Source: Promethearchaeota archaeon
GTDB taxonomy: Archaea; Asgardarchaeota; Lokiarchaeia; Sigyniarchaeales; Promethearchaeaceae
Reading direction: 5' to 3'
NCBI GenBank assembly: GCA_016933055.1
Contig: JAFGBS010000004.1
Coordinates: forward strand, 330,001-362,000
Length of the DNA: 32,000 nt
The notes under the pieces are model-generated. The model searched no databases and was not told the DNA's origin. It worked only from the letters and a program-made list of their open reading frames with translations. Positions 7,855 to 17,759 of the stretch are shown piece after piece (position 1 is the stretch's first letter; every line of letters starts with the position of its first letter). Both the position numbers and the translations under genes were made by a program.

Positions 7855-8235
7855 ATGGAGTATATAATCATAGAAAATGAAAAAATCGGAGAAATAAAAG
7901 CTAACTTATTGATTGAGAAAAATCCGAAAACTTGTAAAGCAATCTGGGAGACTTTACCATTAGAATTACATTTATCCCGATGGGGTGAAGAATTATATGG
8001 AGAAATCCCCGTCGCAATCGAACCTGAAAATACGCAAGTAGAGTGTGAGGTTGGAGATATTGCGTACTGGCTATCTGGTTCTGGTTTTTGCATTTTTTTT
8101 GGGAAAACTCCGGTCAGTACAAGTGAAAAACCAAAAGCTGCCTCGGATGTTAATGTATTTGCACACATTGAAGGTGATGCACGCATTTTCAACCAATTTC
8201 GTTCTTTTACGGGAAAAGTTCGAAGAGGGTTTTAG
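7855..8235 (+). CDS. Cyclophilin-like fold protein (DUF369/TM1367-like)
   Basis: Has RWGEELY, GDIAYW and FCIFFGKTP motifs. It starts 1 nt after the mutS stop, so it is probably co-transcribed. Confidence 0.85.
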   Translation: MEYIIIENEKIGEIKANLLIEKNPKTCKAIWETLPLELHLSRWGEELYGEIPVAIEPENTQVECEVGDIAYWLSGSGFCIFFGKTPVSTSEKPKAASDVNVFAHIEGDARIFNQFRSFTGKVRRGF

Positions 8236-8349
8236 TCCTAATACAACCGTTCAATCCTATTAGAATCCGCAGTTGACATTTTTATTTAACCGTTCAAATC
8301 TAATTCTTTTTATACATTTTGCGCTAACTATCTCTAACTATTAACACCA

Positions 8350-9669
8350 GTGATCAATATGAGTAACCTTAATTTAGGATTAGAAAAACCCAAAAAAATA
8401 TCTAAGCGAAATATTGCCGCCCTTTTCTTGATCTCGTTCGGAGGAAACATCGCTTGGGCCATAGAAAACCAATATTACAATGTTTATCTTTATAACAGGA
8501 TTCTTCCCGATCCCTTTTATGTTAGCCTTATGGTAGCGATCACCGCCATCGTGTCAACCGTAACAACAATCGTAATGGGCTCAATTATGGATATTCGGGG
8601 AAAAAGAAGATCATTCATCATTTGGGCTTTTATATTATGGGCTTTTGCGAGTGCAGCATTCCCATTAGCAGAATTCGTAAAACCGATCAATGTATTCCTT
8701 GCAGTAGGTACCGCAATTTTTATAGATTGTGTAATGAGTTTCTTTGGTGCAACGGCTTATGATGCTGGTTACAACGCTTTCATTATTGATATAACCACAG
8801 TAGAGAATCGGGCTAAAGCAGTGAGCATAAATGAAATAATGACGCTTTTTGGAACACTTGTTGTATATGGTATAACGGGTTTCTTACTAGATGCAGGATT
8901 ATCGTATTTCTATTATTTCCTTATTATGGCAGCAGCAACAGGTATTATCGGTGTGGTGGGGGGTATTTCCATGAAAGACTCCCCCACTTTACAACCATTA
9001 AAAGTCGGATTATGGGATCATATTCGTTCTACCTTTAATCGACAGAATATTCGGGAAAATACGGATTGTTTTCTAGTTCTAAGCGGAATTGCAATCCAGG
9101 CAACAAGTTTTAGCATATTTTTTCCATTTATCGTGATCTATCTTGAACATGAGATCCAATTAACTGGATTATGGCCTTCATTGGTGATGTTCTTGGGATT
9201 ATTCACTTCTGTTGTATTAAGTATACCTGTCGGAATCTTCGTGGATAAGATTGGTAGAAAAAGAGTAGCTATCATTTCCATAGTGTTAGAATCCCTTTCC
9301 CTAGTTGCATTTGCCTATTCGCGTGAATTAATTTGGTTGATCATCACTGGAATTCTATGGGTATTCTTTATGATGACTTGGCATATTTCTTCCCAAGCAT
9401 GGGCAGGGGATTTATACCCGAAGACAAAAGCAGGCCAATTTAATGGATATTTCCTTATTGTAAACGTCTTAATTGCCATGGTAGTGGGATCTCCGATTGG
9501 GGGACTATTATCACGAAGATATGGAACCCCTGTGGTAGTAGATGGTATCCCCGGATTTGCTCCTAGCTACTTAATTTATTTAGTTGGTGCAGGAGTTGTA
9601 ATATTTGCAATAATACCGCTCTTATTTGCTAAAGAAAAACCAAAACCCGAAAATGTGGTTATTCAATAA
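8350..9669 (+). CDS. MFS transporter (12 TM); start at GTG8350 or ATG8359
   Basis: Twelve hydrophobic segments and motif-A loops GSIMDIRGKRR and GIFVDKIGRKR. Confidence 0.92.
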   Translation: MINMSNLNLGLEKPKKISKRNIAALFLISFGGNIAWAIENQYYNVYLYNRILPDPFYVSLMVAITAIVSTVTTIVMGSIMDIRGKRRSFIIWAFILWAFASAAFPLAEFVKPINVFLAVGTAIFIDCVMSFFGATAYDAGYNAFIIDITTVENRAKAVSINEIMTLFGTLVVYGITGFLLDAGLSYFYYFLIMAAATGIIGVVGGISMKDSPTLQPLKVGLWDHIRSTFNRQNIRENTDCFLVLSGIAIQATSFSIFFPFIVIYLEHEIQLTGLWPSLVMFLGLFTSVVLSIPVGIFVDKIGRKRVAIISIVLESLSLVAFAYSRELIWLIITGILWVFFMMTWHISSQAWAGDLYPKTKAGQFNGYFLIVNVLIAMVVGSPIGGLLSRRYGTPVVVDGIPGFAPSYLIYLVGAGVVIFAIIPLLFAKEKPKPENVVIQ

Positions 9670-10372
9670 GTGAATGCGTCGAAAATAGTTATTATTGGCT
9701 CCGGTATGTCTGTCTTGACAGCAGGAGCTTATATTTCTCTTTATTGACATGGAATGCATAGATTTGAGCAATTCTCTCAGATTGAGGAGTAACAGCAACA
9801 ATTAGCTAAGATGGGCATTCATGGGATCTTGGACCAATGTTGATCGAGGCGCTAGCACCTCATGAGAAACTGGGGTGAATTTGTGCGGAACTGGGTATAG
9901 ATTTAAATCAATCTCTAAATCTAATATGTGATGAACGCGGACAATCTTTTTTGAGTTATGTTTTAGATGTACTTGAGGAATACCAAGGTCCATATTGGAG
10001 AAGGGAACGATTGAAGAAGATTTATCATTTGAGAGCAATGGATTGGATAAATATTACAAGCTTCATGATTCGATAATGAAACTCATGTATTTGAGGGATC
10101 AAATTCCATTTCAGAAAGGCATACCCTTACTGATAACCAAATTCAAGCTAGTATTTGCTTTTCTGAAAGTAAGAAAATACAAAGATCGGTCCACCAAGCA
10201 ATTAATGGACTAATTTTTGGAAGATGAGGAATTAAAATCGGTTTTCCTTGGGATCTTAGCAGACATGATCGTAAAACCCAGCGAACTTTCGGCTCTGAGA
10301 GGTTCCATTTTCAATCCCGAGGGAGTTTGTGATAAAAGAATCCCCCGAAAATGCGACGTAACCCCCCGATAG
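9670..10372 (+). pseudogene. Decayed, 3'-truncated FAD-dependent oxidoreductase (phytoene desaturase / retinol saturase-like family)
   Basis: Frame-joined translation: KIVIIGSGMSVLTAGAY...FEQF..I/GVTATIS*DGHSWDLGPMLIE...QGPYWRRERLK/GLDKYY...FLEDEELKSVFLGILADM...DKRIP. There are in-frame stops (for example 9745, 9807) and at least two frameshifts. The end coordinate is approximate. Confidence 0.75.
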
Positions 10373-10555
10373 GTATTGATCAGTCATTTTGAACAACATC
10401 AGAAATCCTATAGTTGCAAGACCTTCACGATAAGCTTTAAGATAGATAGATGGATAATATCTCATTCATTTGTTAGATTCATATTGTAAAGAAGCTGGAT
10501 TCCATATTTTATTTGAGACTAATCTGGTGAGGGAGGGAGAAGGGTTACATTGGAT

Positions 10556-11530
10556 TTATCTAAAAAAATTTGACAATAAGAATTCGATTCTAAGTGATGA
10601 AAGCGAAAATGCCCACTCTAATCCATCAGTAATTGCTGGACCAACTACTGAAGTGTGACCTTCGTCAGGGTAACTATGATAGTGAAAGTTTAAGTTATCA
10701 TAGTCTCGGGATATAATGGTTTTATTTAATATAATAACTCCATCTACCATGTCTTTCCATTCATCTTCACCGACAGATAAATGTAGATTAATTGGTAAAA
10801 TTCCAAAAGATTGATTGAAAAAATTTTCTTCTATATCCAATAGGTAATAATCATAATACGAAACTGATGGACTTATTGTTATATAATTAGTAAAGAGGCT
10901 ACTCGAATTTGTGCTATATTCAAAGATGCTAAAAAGGAGAAAATTTCCTCCGTACGAATCTCCAATTATTGTCCTTTCTGAGGTGTTCGTCCTTAGATTC
11001 CCATCTACAAACGGAACCAACTCATTCTCTAAAAATGCATAGAATTCGTGTGCTCCCCCGGATCCAGGGGGAAATGAAGATGCAGGGTACATAAAATCTC
11101 GATTTCGATGATTATCATCTGGATATCCGATTCCTACTAAAATTAATTCAGGAATTGAGTTGTTTTGGATCAATCCTTGAACAATATTTTCTACTCCTCC
11201 ATCTTCCAAAAGGAAGAGAGACCCATAAAATAACCAATCAGCATCTAATATATATAGAACAGGATAGCGATCTGAAGTTTGATTATAATTATTTGGTAAA
11301 GAGAGATAAATTTTGTAGGTATCTCCTACTAATTCTGAATAAAATAACTCAGTGATATAAGAATTATTAGTATCATTATCATCATCATCATCCACTAGAC
11401 CTGGATTGTTTCCATTACCAGCCCCAGATGAAAAATATAGATGATTTACCCACATTAATGTTATAAACCCAACAGAGACTAGCACCACGCTTGAAAGAAT
11501 AGCTATGAGGGTTTTATCATGCGAATTCAA
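10556..11530 (-). CDS. Membrane-anchored alpha/beta hydrolase (IroE/BesA-like putative esterase)
   Basis: TTG start, N-terminal TM helix and G/N/D-rich linker. Motifs YPVLYILDAD, LVGIGYP, GGAHEFYAFLENELVPFVD, nucleophile elbow GDSYGG and C-terminal GHTS. Confidence 0.88.
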   Translation of the reverse strand: MNSHDKTLIAILSSVVLVSVGFITLMWVNHLYFSSGAGNGNNPGLVDDDDDNDTNNSYITELFYSELVGDTYKIYLSLPNNYNQTSDRYPVLYILDADWLFYGSLFLLEDGGVENIVQGLIQNNSIPELILVGIGYPDDNHRNRDFMYPASSFPPGSGGAHEFYAFLENELVPFVDGNLRTNTSERTIIGDSYGGNFLLFSIFEYSTNSSSLFTNYITISPSVSYYDYYLLDIEENFFNQSFGILPINLHLSVGEDEWKDMVDGVIILNKTIISRDYDNLNFHYHSYPDEGHTSVVGPAITDGLEWAFSLSSLRIEFLLSNFFR

Positions 11531-11900
11531 TTTCCCAATAAGATGATTTCTTTTGTTATTATTAATTTTGCGATCACATTCGCATGTTCAGAAATCAAAA
11601 CAAATTTGTGATAAATCACACCAATTTTGTTTGATCAGTCAATCAGTTATTCCATCTGGAAGCGTCAAGAGAAATGGATGACAGCCGAGTGATTTACACC
11701 CTTCATCGATAATTCTCTTATGAAGTAGGTTCTGAATCAATTGAAAGCTCTTGTGGAGAAGACCTCATTAAAAATTAAAGATCCTCTAAGCAGATACAGT
11801 AGACATCATACTTGAATAACAAGAATTCGACTTTTCCTTTTTTTGACTGTGATAACTCTATTGGTTAAAAAGAAATTAAATAATAGAAAGTAGGTATTAC

Positions 11901-13193
11901 TTATTCATTCTCAATTTCGATTTTTTGCGATTTTTGACCTGAAAATGTCTTAATTAACGCTACTGAAAGGTGTTCAAGTGTTCCTTTATACTTAAATTGC
12001 CGCCAAATCAATACTATTCCTATCCAAACTGCGAGATTGATCAAACCAACCAAGGTTGCATTACCTATTGTTGCATTCCAATTGGGCCAAAACGGAGCAA
12101 TAAGCCTTTGCAAACTCACAGCTAGCACACCCTCAAGCATATAAATAGTTAAGGTCATTCTACCCATTTCTTTAACAGGATTGGTAAACCTCATTCGCTT
12201 TTTACGCTTCTCTTCTGGTTGGAAATCGAAAATTTCCAACAAAAGTAAAAATAATGCAAAATACAGACCGAGTTGAAACAGTTTTCGTGCCATTCTGTTA
12301 TACCACGCATCCAAAATTTCAATATCAGTTCCAACAGTTATTCCCAAGATCACCATAAATATAAGTCCACTAATTGCAGTCACTAAGTAGAAGATTCTCA
12401 TTTGCTTTGCAAATTTTTTGGGTTCGAAATCATCTCGCGCTAATTCGACTCCAAAGAATGCGCCAAAAAAGCCCAGTGCTAAATGTGGAATTAAAGGAAA
12501 TAAACCTTCTGTTATAGGACTCAGGAAGAACATGATTAAGTAGTTACGTTCATCAATGGCTGTCTGTGCAATAGGACTCAGAAGAGGATTGATAATCGCA
12601 TAGATTAGGAAGAAGATAATTCCCAAGATCATAAAAATAATCCGCAGTTTTCGGATATTTTCCGAATTGTTTCTTTTATAATACAACGCCAGAACTATCG
12701 ATACTGAAATAATAGAATAACCAATCATCTGAATGGTTCCAACTTGAAAGAGAAGCCCTACTTCAAAGTTAGTCGGATATCGTCCATATAAAATTAAATA
12801 TGGTATGACTCCCGTATGATTCTCGGTCATATATATACCTAAACGCGGTCGCACAGAGACGACATCATCCATTGATCGAAGCAAAAAATACCGAAAAAAC
12901 AACCCAATTAAGATAAATGAAACTCCAGTCGCTAATCCCTTAAGAAAAAGTTGCTTTGGAGTGATTTTTCCCTCTTTTATTCGGCTGTACGACATATATC
13001 CATTCACAACACCGCTTATACAGTAAAAAATGCCTGCCATACCCATCAATATACTAAAAATAGTAAATCCAAGGCCAGTGTTACTAAGGGAAGTTAAATT
13101 CTGACAGTAATAATCCCAGATAATCCGATGAATGATAGGCACTGCAATGATTGCAATGCCTCTTGCGAAATCAAATGCATATATTCGTTTCAT
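11901..13193 (-). CDS. Polytopic membrane protein with HGSNAT/DUF1624-like (acyltransferase-3-like) domain
   Basis: N-terminal RIYAFDFARGIAI...H motif, FPLIP motif and about 10-11 TM segments. Confidence 0.7.
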   Translation of the reverse strand: MKRIYAFDFARGIAIIAVPIIHRIIWDYYCQNLTSLSNTGLGFTIFSILMGMAGIFYCISGVVNGYMSYSRIKEGKITPKQLFLKGLATGVSFILIGLFFRYFLLRSMDDVVSVRPRLGIYMTENHTGVIPYLILYGRYPTNFEVGLLFQVGTIQMIGYSIISVSIVLALYYKRNNSENIRKLRIIFMILGIIFFLIYAIINPLLSPIAQTAIDERNYLIMFFLSPITEGLFPLIPHLALGFFGAFFGVELARDDFEPKKFAKQMRIFYLVTAISGLIFMVILGITVGTDIEILDAWYNRMARKLFQLGLYFALFLLLLEIFDFQPEEKRKKRMRFTNPVKEMGRMTLTIYMLEGVLAVSLQRLIAPFWPNWNATIGNATLVGLINLAVWIGIVLIWRQFKYKGTLEHLSVALIKTFSGQKSQKIEIENE

Positions 13194-13251
13194 AATCTGA
13201 TGTTTCTTCTCTATTATTCAATTTTGTACCCGATACCCTATAATGTATAAA

Positions 13252-13303
13252 CTACGCTAAAAGCCTACCCATGGGTTAACTGGGATAGGTTTTTTTGGCG
13301 TAG
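13252..13303 (+). other. Long imperfect hairpin in a roughly 880-bp ORF-free region
   Basis: CTACGCTAAAAGCCTACCCA pairs with TGGGATAGGTTTTTTTGGCGTAG: about 20 bp including 2 G-U pairs and small bulges, with a 9-nt loop. Confidence 0.55.
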
Positions 13304-13923
13304 GAGTCCCTAGTATCTATGTAATCCAATATTATGTATTCCATGGACTTCGCTATGAGTATCCCATTTGGGTTACGTTTTACCATAGAAATAGGCTATA
13401 TAGGGAATCAAATACCAGATAGAGCCTTATTAAGCGTGTAGGATGTGGGATAGATGTTGATGAAAAAATTCTACTCTTCAAAAGGTACTAAGCTTCGGAT
13501 ATAGGGTGTTTTAAAAAGACAAAAAAAGAAATAAGACAATACCAACAAATAATGCTTTCCGAAAGAAATTGTTCACCACTTTTATCGTAAGTGATGTCAC
13601 TCTTGCAGTAATTTATCGGTGAATTAATAACCACCACAATCACAAGAAAACCGTGAAACTCACCAAACGCTCACCCCTGCTAAAACTGAGAAACCATTAC
13701 TCCATCGACTCATTTGTTGTATTCTCCTTATAGGTAGGTGTCTCCAAAATCCAGATTTAGTGTTTTAGGAGTACATAACTTCTACACAATGTGAATTGGA
13801 ATGAGCAATCTCTGGTTATTAAATGGGGGTTTTTCGGAATTGGATTTCTTATTGATATAATAGTGATTCTAACAGGTTCTTTTATGGATTCTCATGGACG
13901 CCCTATCGTGAATCTTTAAGTAT

Positions 13924-13943
13924 TTTCCCTAAATTTAAGGAAA
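13924..13943. promoter_or_regulatory. 20-bp near-perfect palindrome, candidate operator
   Basis: TTTCCCTAAATTTAAGGAAA has one mismatched pair and lies about 60 bp upstream of a TATA-like TTTATATATA at 14001-14010. Confidence 0.35.
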
Positions 13944-14074
13944 TATTAGTGTTTGGGACAAAAACGAATATACTAACCGCTTAACGCTACCTGAGTTAGA
14001 TTTATATATATAATACACTGTATTTCCTTTGAATAAATAAAATTATTAATTATTTATTGCGGAAGCGAAGTAAA

Positions 14075-15241
14075 ATGAAAAAATATACAAAATATGCAAT
14101 TCCGTTTGTGATGTTGTTCTTTCTTCTTCCTCTGAACTCTGCAGCGATGGGGACGTATACTTATGGGGCTCCTACGAAAGATTGGGGAATAGAAATTGGA
14201 GATACACATTATTACACACTTGGTTGGGCTGTTGAACTTGAAATGGGAGATAAAGCTTGGAATATGCTCGATATGATTTTAGATGAAATTGATCCAACAT
14301 TAGATGCTAGGACTATGTATACTCATCTTATGAGTGTGGAGAGTGTGTACAACCTACGAATTAGTATCACAAACATAACATCGTACTTCTATAACAGTAG
14401 TCCCTCCTACAACAGTAGTGGAGACCTCATTATGGGAGAAATGGCATGGAAAGCAGCATCCATGACTAATTATGGACCATTAAATGCAACTATGATTTAT
14501 AATCTCCAGCAAAATGCTATGTTATTCAATGCTTATTCAACCATGCTCGACTGGGGTATTAGTGCCTCCGAATTAGTAGAAGATCTCGAGCTATACGGTC
14601 CGGAAATGGATGAATATTATCAAAGCTGGCTTACTGGGGATTCGGGAGAGGATTTTAATCAACCCGATAGTCCTCCATTTTTCATTCCAAAAGATTGGAG
14701 TCTTGAAGATTTCTATAATGAACAAAGGAGTAAACTCAATGAGTATTTCTACGGGAACTTCAGTGAAAATACTGGAGTTACGGTTTCAAATTGGGAAGAC
14801 TTTATTGAGGTACTAGGAATTAAAAGCATGAGGGTTAATAAAAGAGATGCTACCGTAAAATTCCAACTCACTGCCATGGATATGAAATTACGTGATTTTT
14901 GGGTGAACAACACGGGTTTTTACGATAATGGGACAAAGATTGAAACTTATAATGAATTGTTAAACTTCCTTAATGTAACCGAATTCGATGCGGAAGCTCG
15001 ATTTGATGTCGAATGGAATAGGAAAGGAATTTTACAGAATTTCCACGTTCAATGGGAATTTTCTGGGAAATATGAAGACGAGAAATTCAAGTTCGCTCCC
15101 GTATTCGACCTCTCGTATGGGGAACATGATAAAATAAATGCCAAATTCACAATTCCGGGTTATCAGATCTTTGTAGTGGTATTTGCGGGTATTGGAACAG
15201 TTTCAGTAATAATAATTCGAATCAAAAAGAAAAACACTTAA
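14075..15241 (+). CDS. Secreted cell-surface protein with C-terminal IPGY + TM + basic tail (Loki-CTERM-like sorting signal)
   Basis: N-terminal signal-like MKKYTKYAIPFVMLFFLLPLNSAA; acidic ectodomain with several N-x-S/T sequons; C-terminal IPGYQIFVVVFAGIGTVSVIIIRIKKK. ATG14075 is preferred over the track's TTG14057. Confidence 0.8.
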   Translation: MKKYTKYAIPFVMLFFLLPLNSAAMGTYTYGAPTKDWGIEIGDTHYYTLGWAVELEMGDKAWNMLDMILDEIDPTLDARTMYTHLMSVESVYNLRISITNITSYFYNSSPSYNSSGDLIMGEMAWKAASMTNYGPLNATMIYNLQQNAMLFNAYSTMLDWGISASELVEDLELYGPEMDEYYQSWLTGDSGEDFNQPDSPPFFIPKDWSLEDFYNEQRSKLNEYFYGNFSENTGVTVSNWEDFIEVLGIKSMRVNKRDATVKFQLTAMDMKLRDFWVNNTGFYDNGTKIETYNELLNFLNVTEFDAEARFDVEWNRKGILQNFHVQWEFSGKYEDEKFKFAPVFDLSYGEHDKINAKFTIPGYQIFVVVFAGIGTVSVIIIRIKKKNT

Positions 15242-15392
15242 AAATAGTTTTTTTTCTCCTTTTTTTAATAAACTGTTGCAAAAATCTTTTTATCAGCATT
15301 TTTGTGTGGAATTTCTCTACTTTTACTAAAGCGGGATAAAACACCAAATACTATACGCAAATACTTATATGGTTTGACACTAATAACCATAT

Positions 15393-16565
15393 ATGCGATT
15401 ATCCGCATACATATTTGCTAGCATACGGGAAAACCGTGGTAAATATTTAGTGAGTATATTGGGAATTATGGTTGCCATAGGTACATTTTTTACATTATCG
15501 TTATATTCAGCACAATTTGCCTCTTCATTCGATTCTTTTTATGGTCTCTATGAAAACACATTATTTGTTGTAGATGAAAATACTGAACTCTCTAAAATGG
15601 TCCCTGTCAACTCGAAGATAAATGAAAGTTATGCGGAAGAAATCGAAAATTTACCAGGTGTTTTCATCACTGTTAAAGTGTTATTTGCTGATTTAAGTAA
15701 TTATACAGTTACTCAATTTGTGCCAGATCGAATTTATGCATTCGAAATGGGGGATATAAATTTCATATCCCAATATATCGGGTTAGATTATGGAACTTGG
15801 CCTGAGTCCCCTGATGAGATTGTTGTAGGGCAATATACATTTGATCAAGAACATGATGAAACTTCAATTGGAACACAAGTGGATATCAAGGGCACTAACT
15901 TTTATATCAGTGGAGTATTAGATTTTAACAGCCATCTTTACAATCATTTCATTTATATGGATTATTCAGCTGCTCAAACAGCCTTATCCATGGAAGGAAT
16001 ATGCTCTTTGATATATGTGGTCTATAATGAAAATACAAATCCAATGCAATTAAAAACGTCGATACAAGATAGTTATCCAGTTATTGCTTTAAATATGAAT
16101 GATTTAAATGCAAACCTTGGTGGTATTTACAATGCGATTGAAATGGGAGAATTCGTCATCGGACTGTTACCATTGCTTATCAGTTCCATTTTCTTTTTTG
16201 TCTTAATTACCTACATCGTTAGAACCCGAACTAGGGAATATGCCCTTTTGAAAACAATAGGATTTTCCGAGGTGCAACTTATCACGTTTTTATTTGTTGA
16301 AGTAATGGTTATTTCGGTTATCGGTTATCTCTTGGGATCATTAGTAGGATATTTCTTCTATACACTGAGTTTTCAGTTTGTAACAAGTCGACCTTTAAGT
16401 TTGGCATTCGATTCTTGGGATTTTTATTGGACAAGTATTTTGGTCACTGTAAAATATAACTTCTGGACCATGTTTGCACTACTATGTGGTTTGAATTTGA
16501 TATCCACAACGTTTCCCGCTTTAAGTATACGTCGTAAAAGTATTGTGGAAGTAATACGAACATAG
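15393..16565 (+). CDS. MacB/FtsX/LolCE-family ABC transporter permease 1
   Basis: TM1, large extracytoplasmic domain, then TM2-4; signature RTREYALLKTIGFS...FVE. Confidence 0.9.
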   Translation: MRLSAYIFASIRENRGKYLVSILGIMVAIGTFFTLSLYSAQFASSFDSFYGLYENTLFVVDENTELSKMVPVNSKINESYAEEIENLPGVFITVKVLFADLSNYTVTQFVPDRIYAFEMGDINFISQYIGLDYGTWPESPDEIVVGQYTFDQEHDETSIGTQVDIKGTNFYISGVLDFNSHLYNHFIYMDYSAAQTALSMEGICSLIYVVYNENTNPMQLKTSIQDSYPVIALNMNDLNANLGGIYNAIEMGEFVIGLLPLLISSIFFFVLITYIVRTRTREYALLKTIGFSEVQLITFLFVEVMVISVIGYLLGSLVGYFFYTLSFQFVTSRPLSLAFDSWDFYWTSILVTVKYNFWTMFALLCGLNLISTTFPALSIRRKSIVEVIRT

Positions 16566-16578
16566 AGAGGAATTTACT

Positions 16579-17754
16579 ATGAATATGCGCCATTATATCA
16601 GAGCAAATTTCAAGGATAAACGATTTCGTAATATTTTATGTATTTTGGGAATCATGGTTGGGTTGATTTTATTTATAGTCGTAAATTTTTTCTCCCTTTC
16701 CTATGAATCCCTGATTATCAAGGCATTTTCCCCCATACAAAATTATAACCAAATTGTTCAACGTGGTACCTCCTTTTCTCGAATGCTACCCTATTATAGT
16801 TATATCAATGAATCTGTGTATGATGAAATGGAGCTAAATCCTGATTTTGCTTCAGCGGATATCTACCCTACTGCATTGAAACGGATAACCGATTATAGTG
16901 AAGACAAATATCTGGATAAAAATATAGTATTTGGCATTCCCAATGGAAAGATGGGGAGTTTTTTCTCCAGTTTAAGCATTGCTGAGGGAACTTGGGTACA
17001 AAATGAAACTCAAGTTGTAATTGGGTATGATCTTAATCATCAATATGGATTCACTGTAGGAGACCTTCTGGTCCTAGAAGGGAAGAATTATACGATCTCG
17101 GGAGTCCTAGAAGAAGAAACGTCATTGTTTGATTGGTTTATATTTATGGATCTACATGAATTTCAAATCCAATATAGTATGGAAGATCAACTAACATCAA
17201 TTTTTATTACCTATGAAAGATCTTCTGAATCATATTTCGAGTCAGAAGTTGAATCAACTTATCTCGACTTAGAATTTCTGACAATCGATGAAATGAATAA
17301 AATTACGGGTAATCTGCTTAGTAGAACAGAAAAAACATCGATTGTATTCATGCTTTTAACATTTTTCTGCTCTACCTTGTTTACTACCTCGATAGTTTTC
17401 CTGAATGTACATGATAGGAAAAAGGAAATTGCTACGTTGCGTTCAATTGGTGCCCCTCAAAAGGACATTTTCAAGCTAATTTATGGGGAGGTTTTCATAA
17501 TAGCAATAATTGCCCTTTTGGCGGTACCTGTCGGAATACTTCTTTACACTTATTTGACCTTTAAAACCATGAATATTACGGGATATTTAGCAATGACCTT
17601 ACCACAAGCATTCCGTCTCACAATCATTAAAATAACCTGGGAAAATTCACTACTTCTCATTTCAATGCATTTTGGAAGCAGTTTTATCATGGCGGGAATT
17701 CCTTATTACCTTGTAATGAAAAATGATATCCAATCTGAAATTCGGGGGGGGTAA
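16579..17754 (+). CDS. MacB/FtsX/LolCE-family ABC transporter permease 2
   Basis: Same topology; signature RKKEIATLRSIGAPQKDIFKLIYGE. Confidence 0.9.
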   Translation: MNMRHYIRANFKDKRFRNILCILGIMVGLILFIVVNFFSLSYESLIIKAFSPIQNYNQIVQRGTSFSRMLPYYSYINESVYDEMELNPDFASADIYPTALKRITDYSEDKYLDKNIVFGIPNGKMGSFFSSLSIAEGTWVQNETQVVIGYDLNHQYGFTVGDLLVLEGKNYTISGVLEEETSLFDWFIFMDLHEFQIQYSMEDQLTSIFITYERSSESYFESEVESTYLDLEFLTIDEMNKITGNLLSRTEKTSIVFMLLTFFCSTLFTTSIVFLNVHDRKKEIATLRSIGAPQKDIFKLIYGEVFIIAIIALLAVPVGILLYTYLTFKTMNITGYLAMTLPQAFRLTIIKITWENSLLLISMHFGSSFIMAGIPYYLVMKNDIQSEIRGG

Positions 17755-17759
17755 TCAAG

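Noticed and set aside
9745-9880. In-frame TGA codons in the decayed oxidoreductase as possible selenocysteine sites (Lokiarchaeia encode Sec)
   Set aside because: TAA stops and frameshifts occur alongside them, the positions do not correspond to catalytic Cys, and no SECIS was recognisable.
9802-10658. Small track ORFs at 9802-10038, 9995-10213, 10256-10465 and 10470-10658 as independent genes
   Set aside because: 9995-10213 is a pseudogene fragment; the rest are antisense shadows of the pseudogene or the esterase, or have no support.
11580-11880. Intergenic gap as a possible riboswitch or gene relic
   Set aside because: Only 5-6 bp stems, and no recognisable protein motif in the frames I translated.
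13310-13590. Minus-strand stretch resembling a signal peptide (KALFVGIVLFLFLSF) as a decayed gene
   Set aside because: It can be explained by a T-rich low-complexity tract, and the downstream frames are stop-riddled and unrecognisable.
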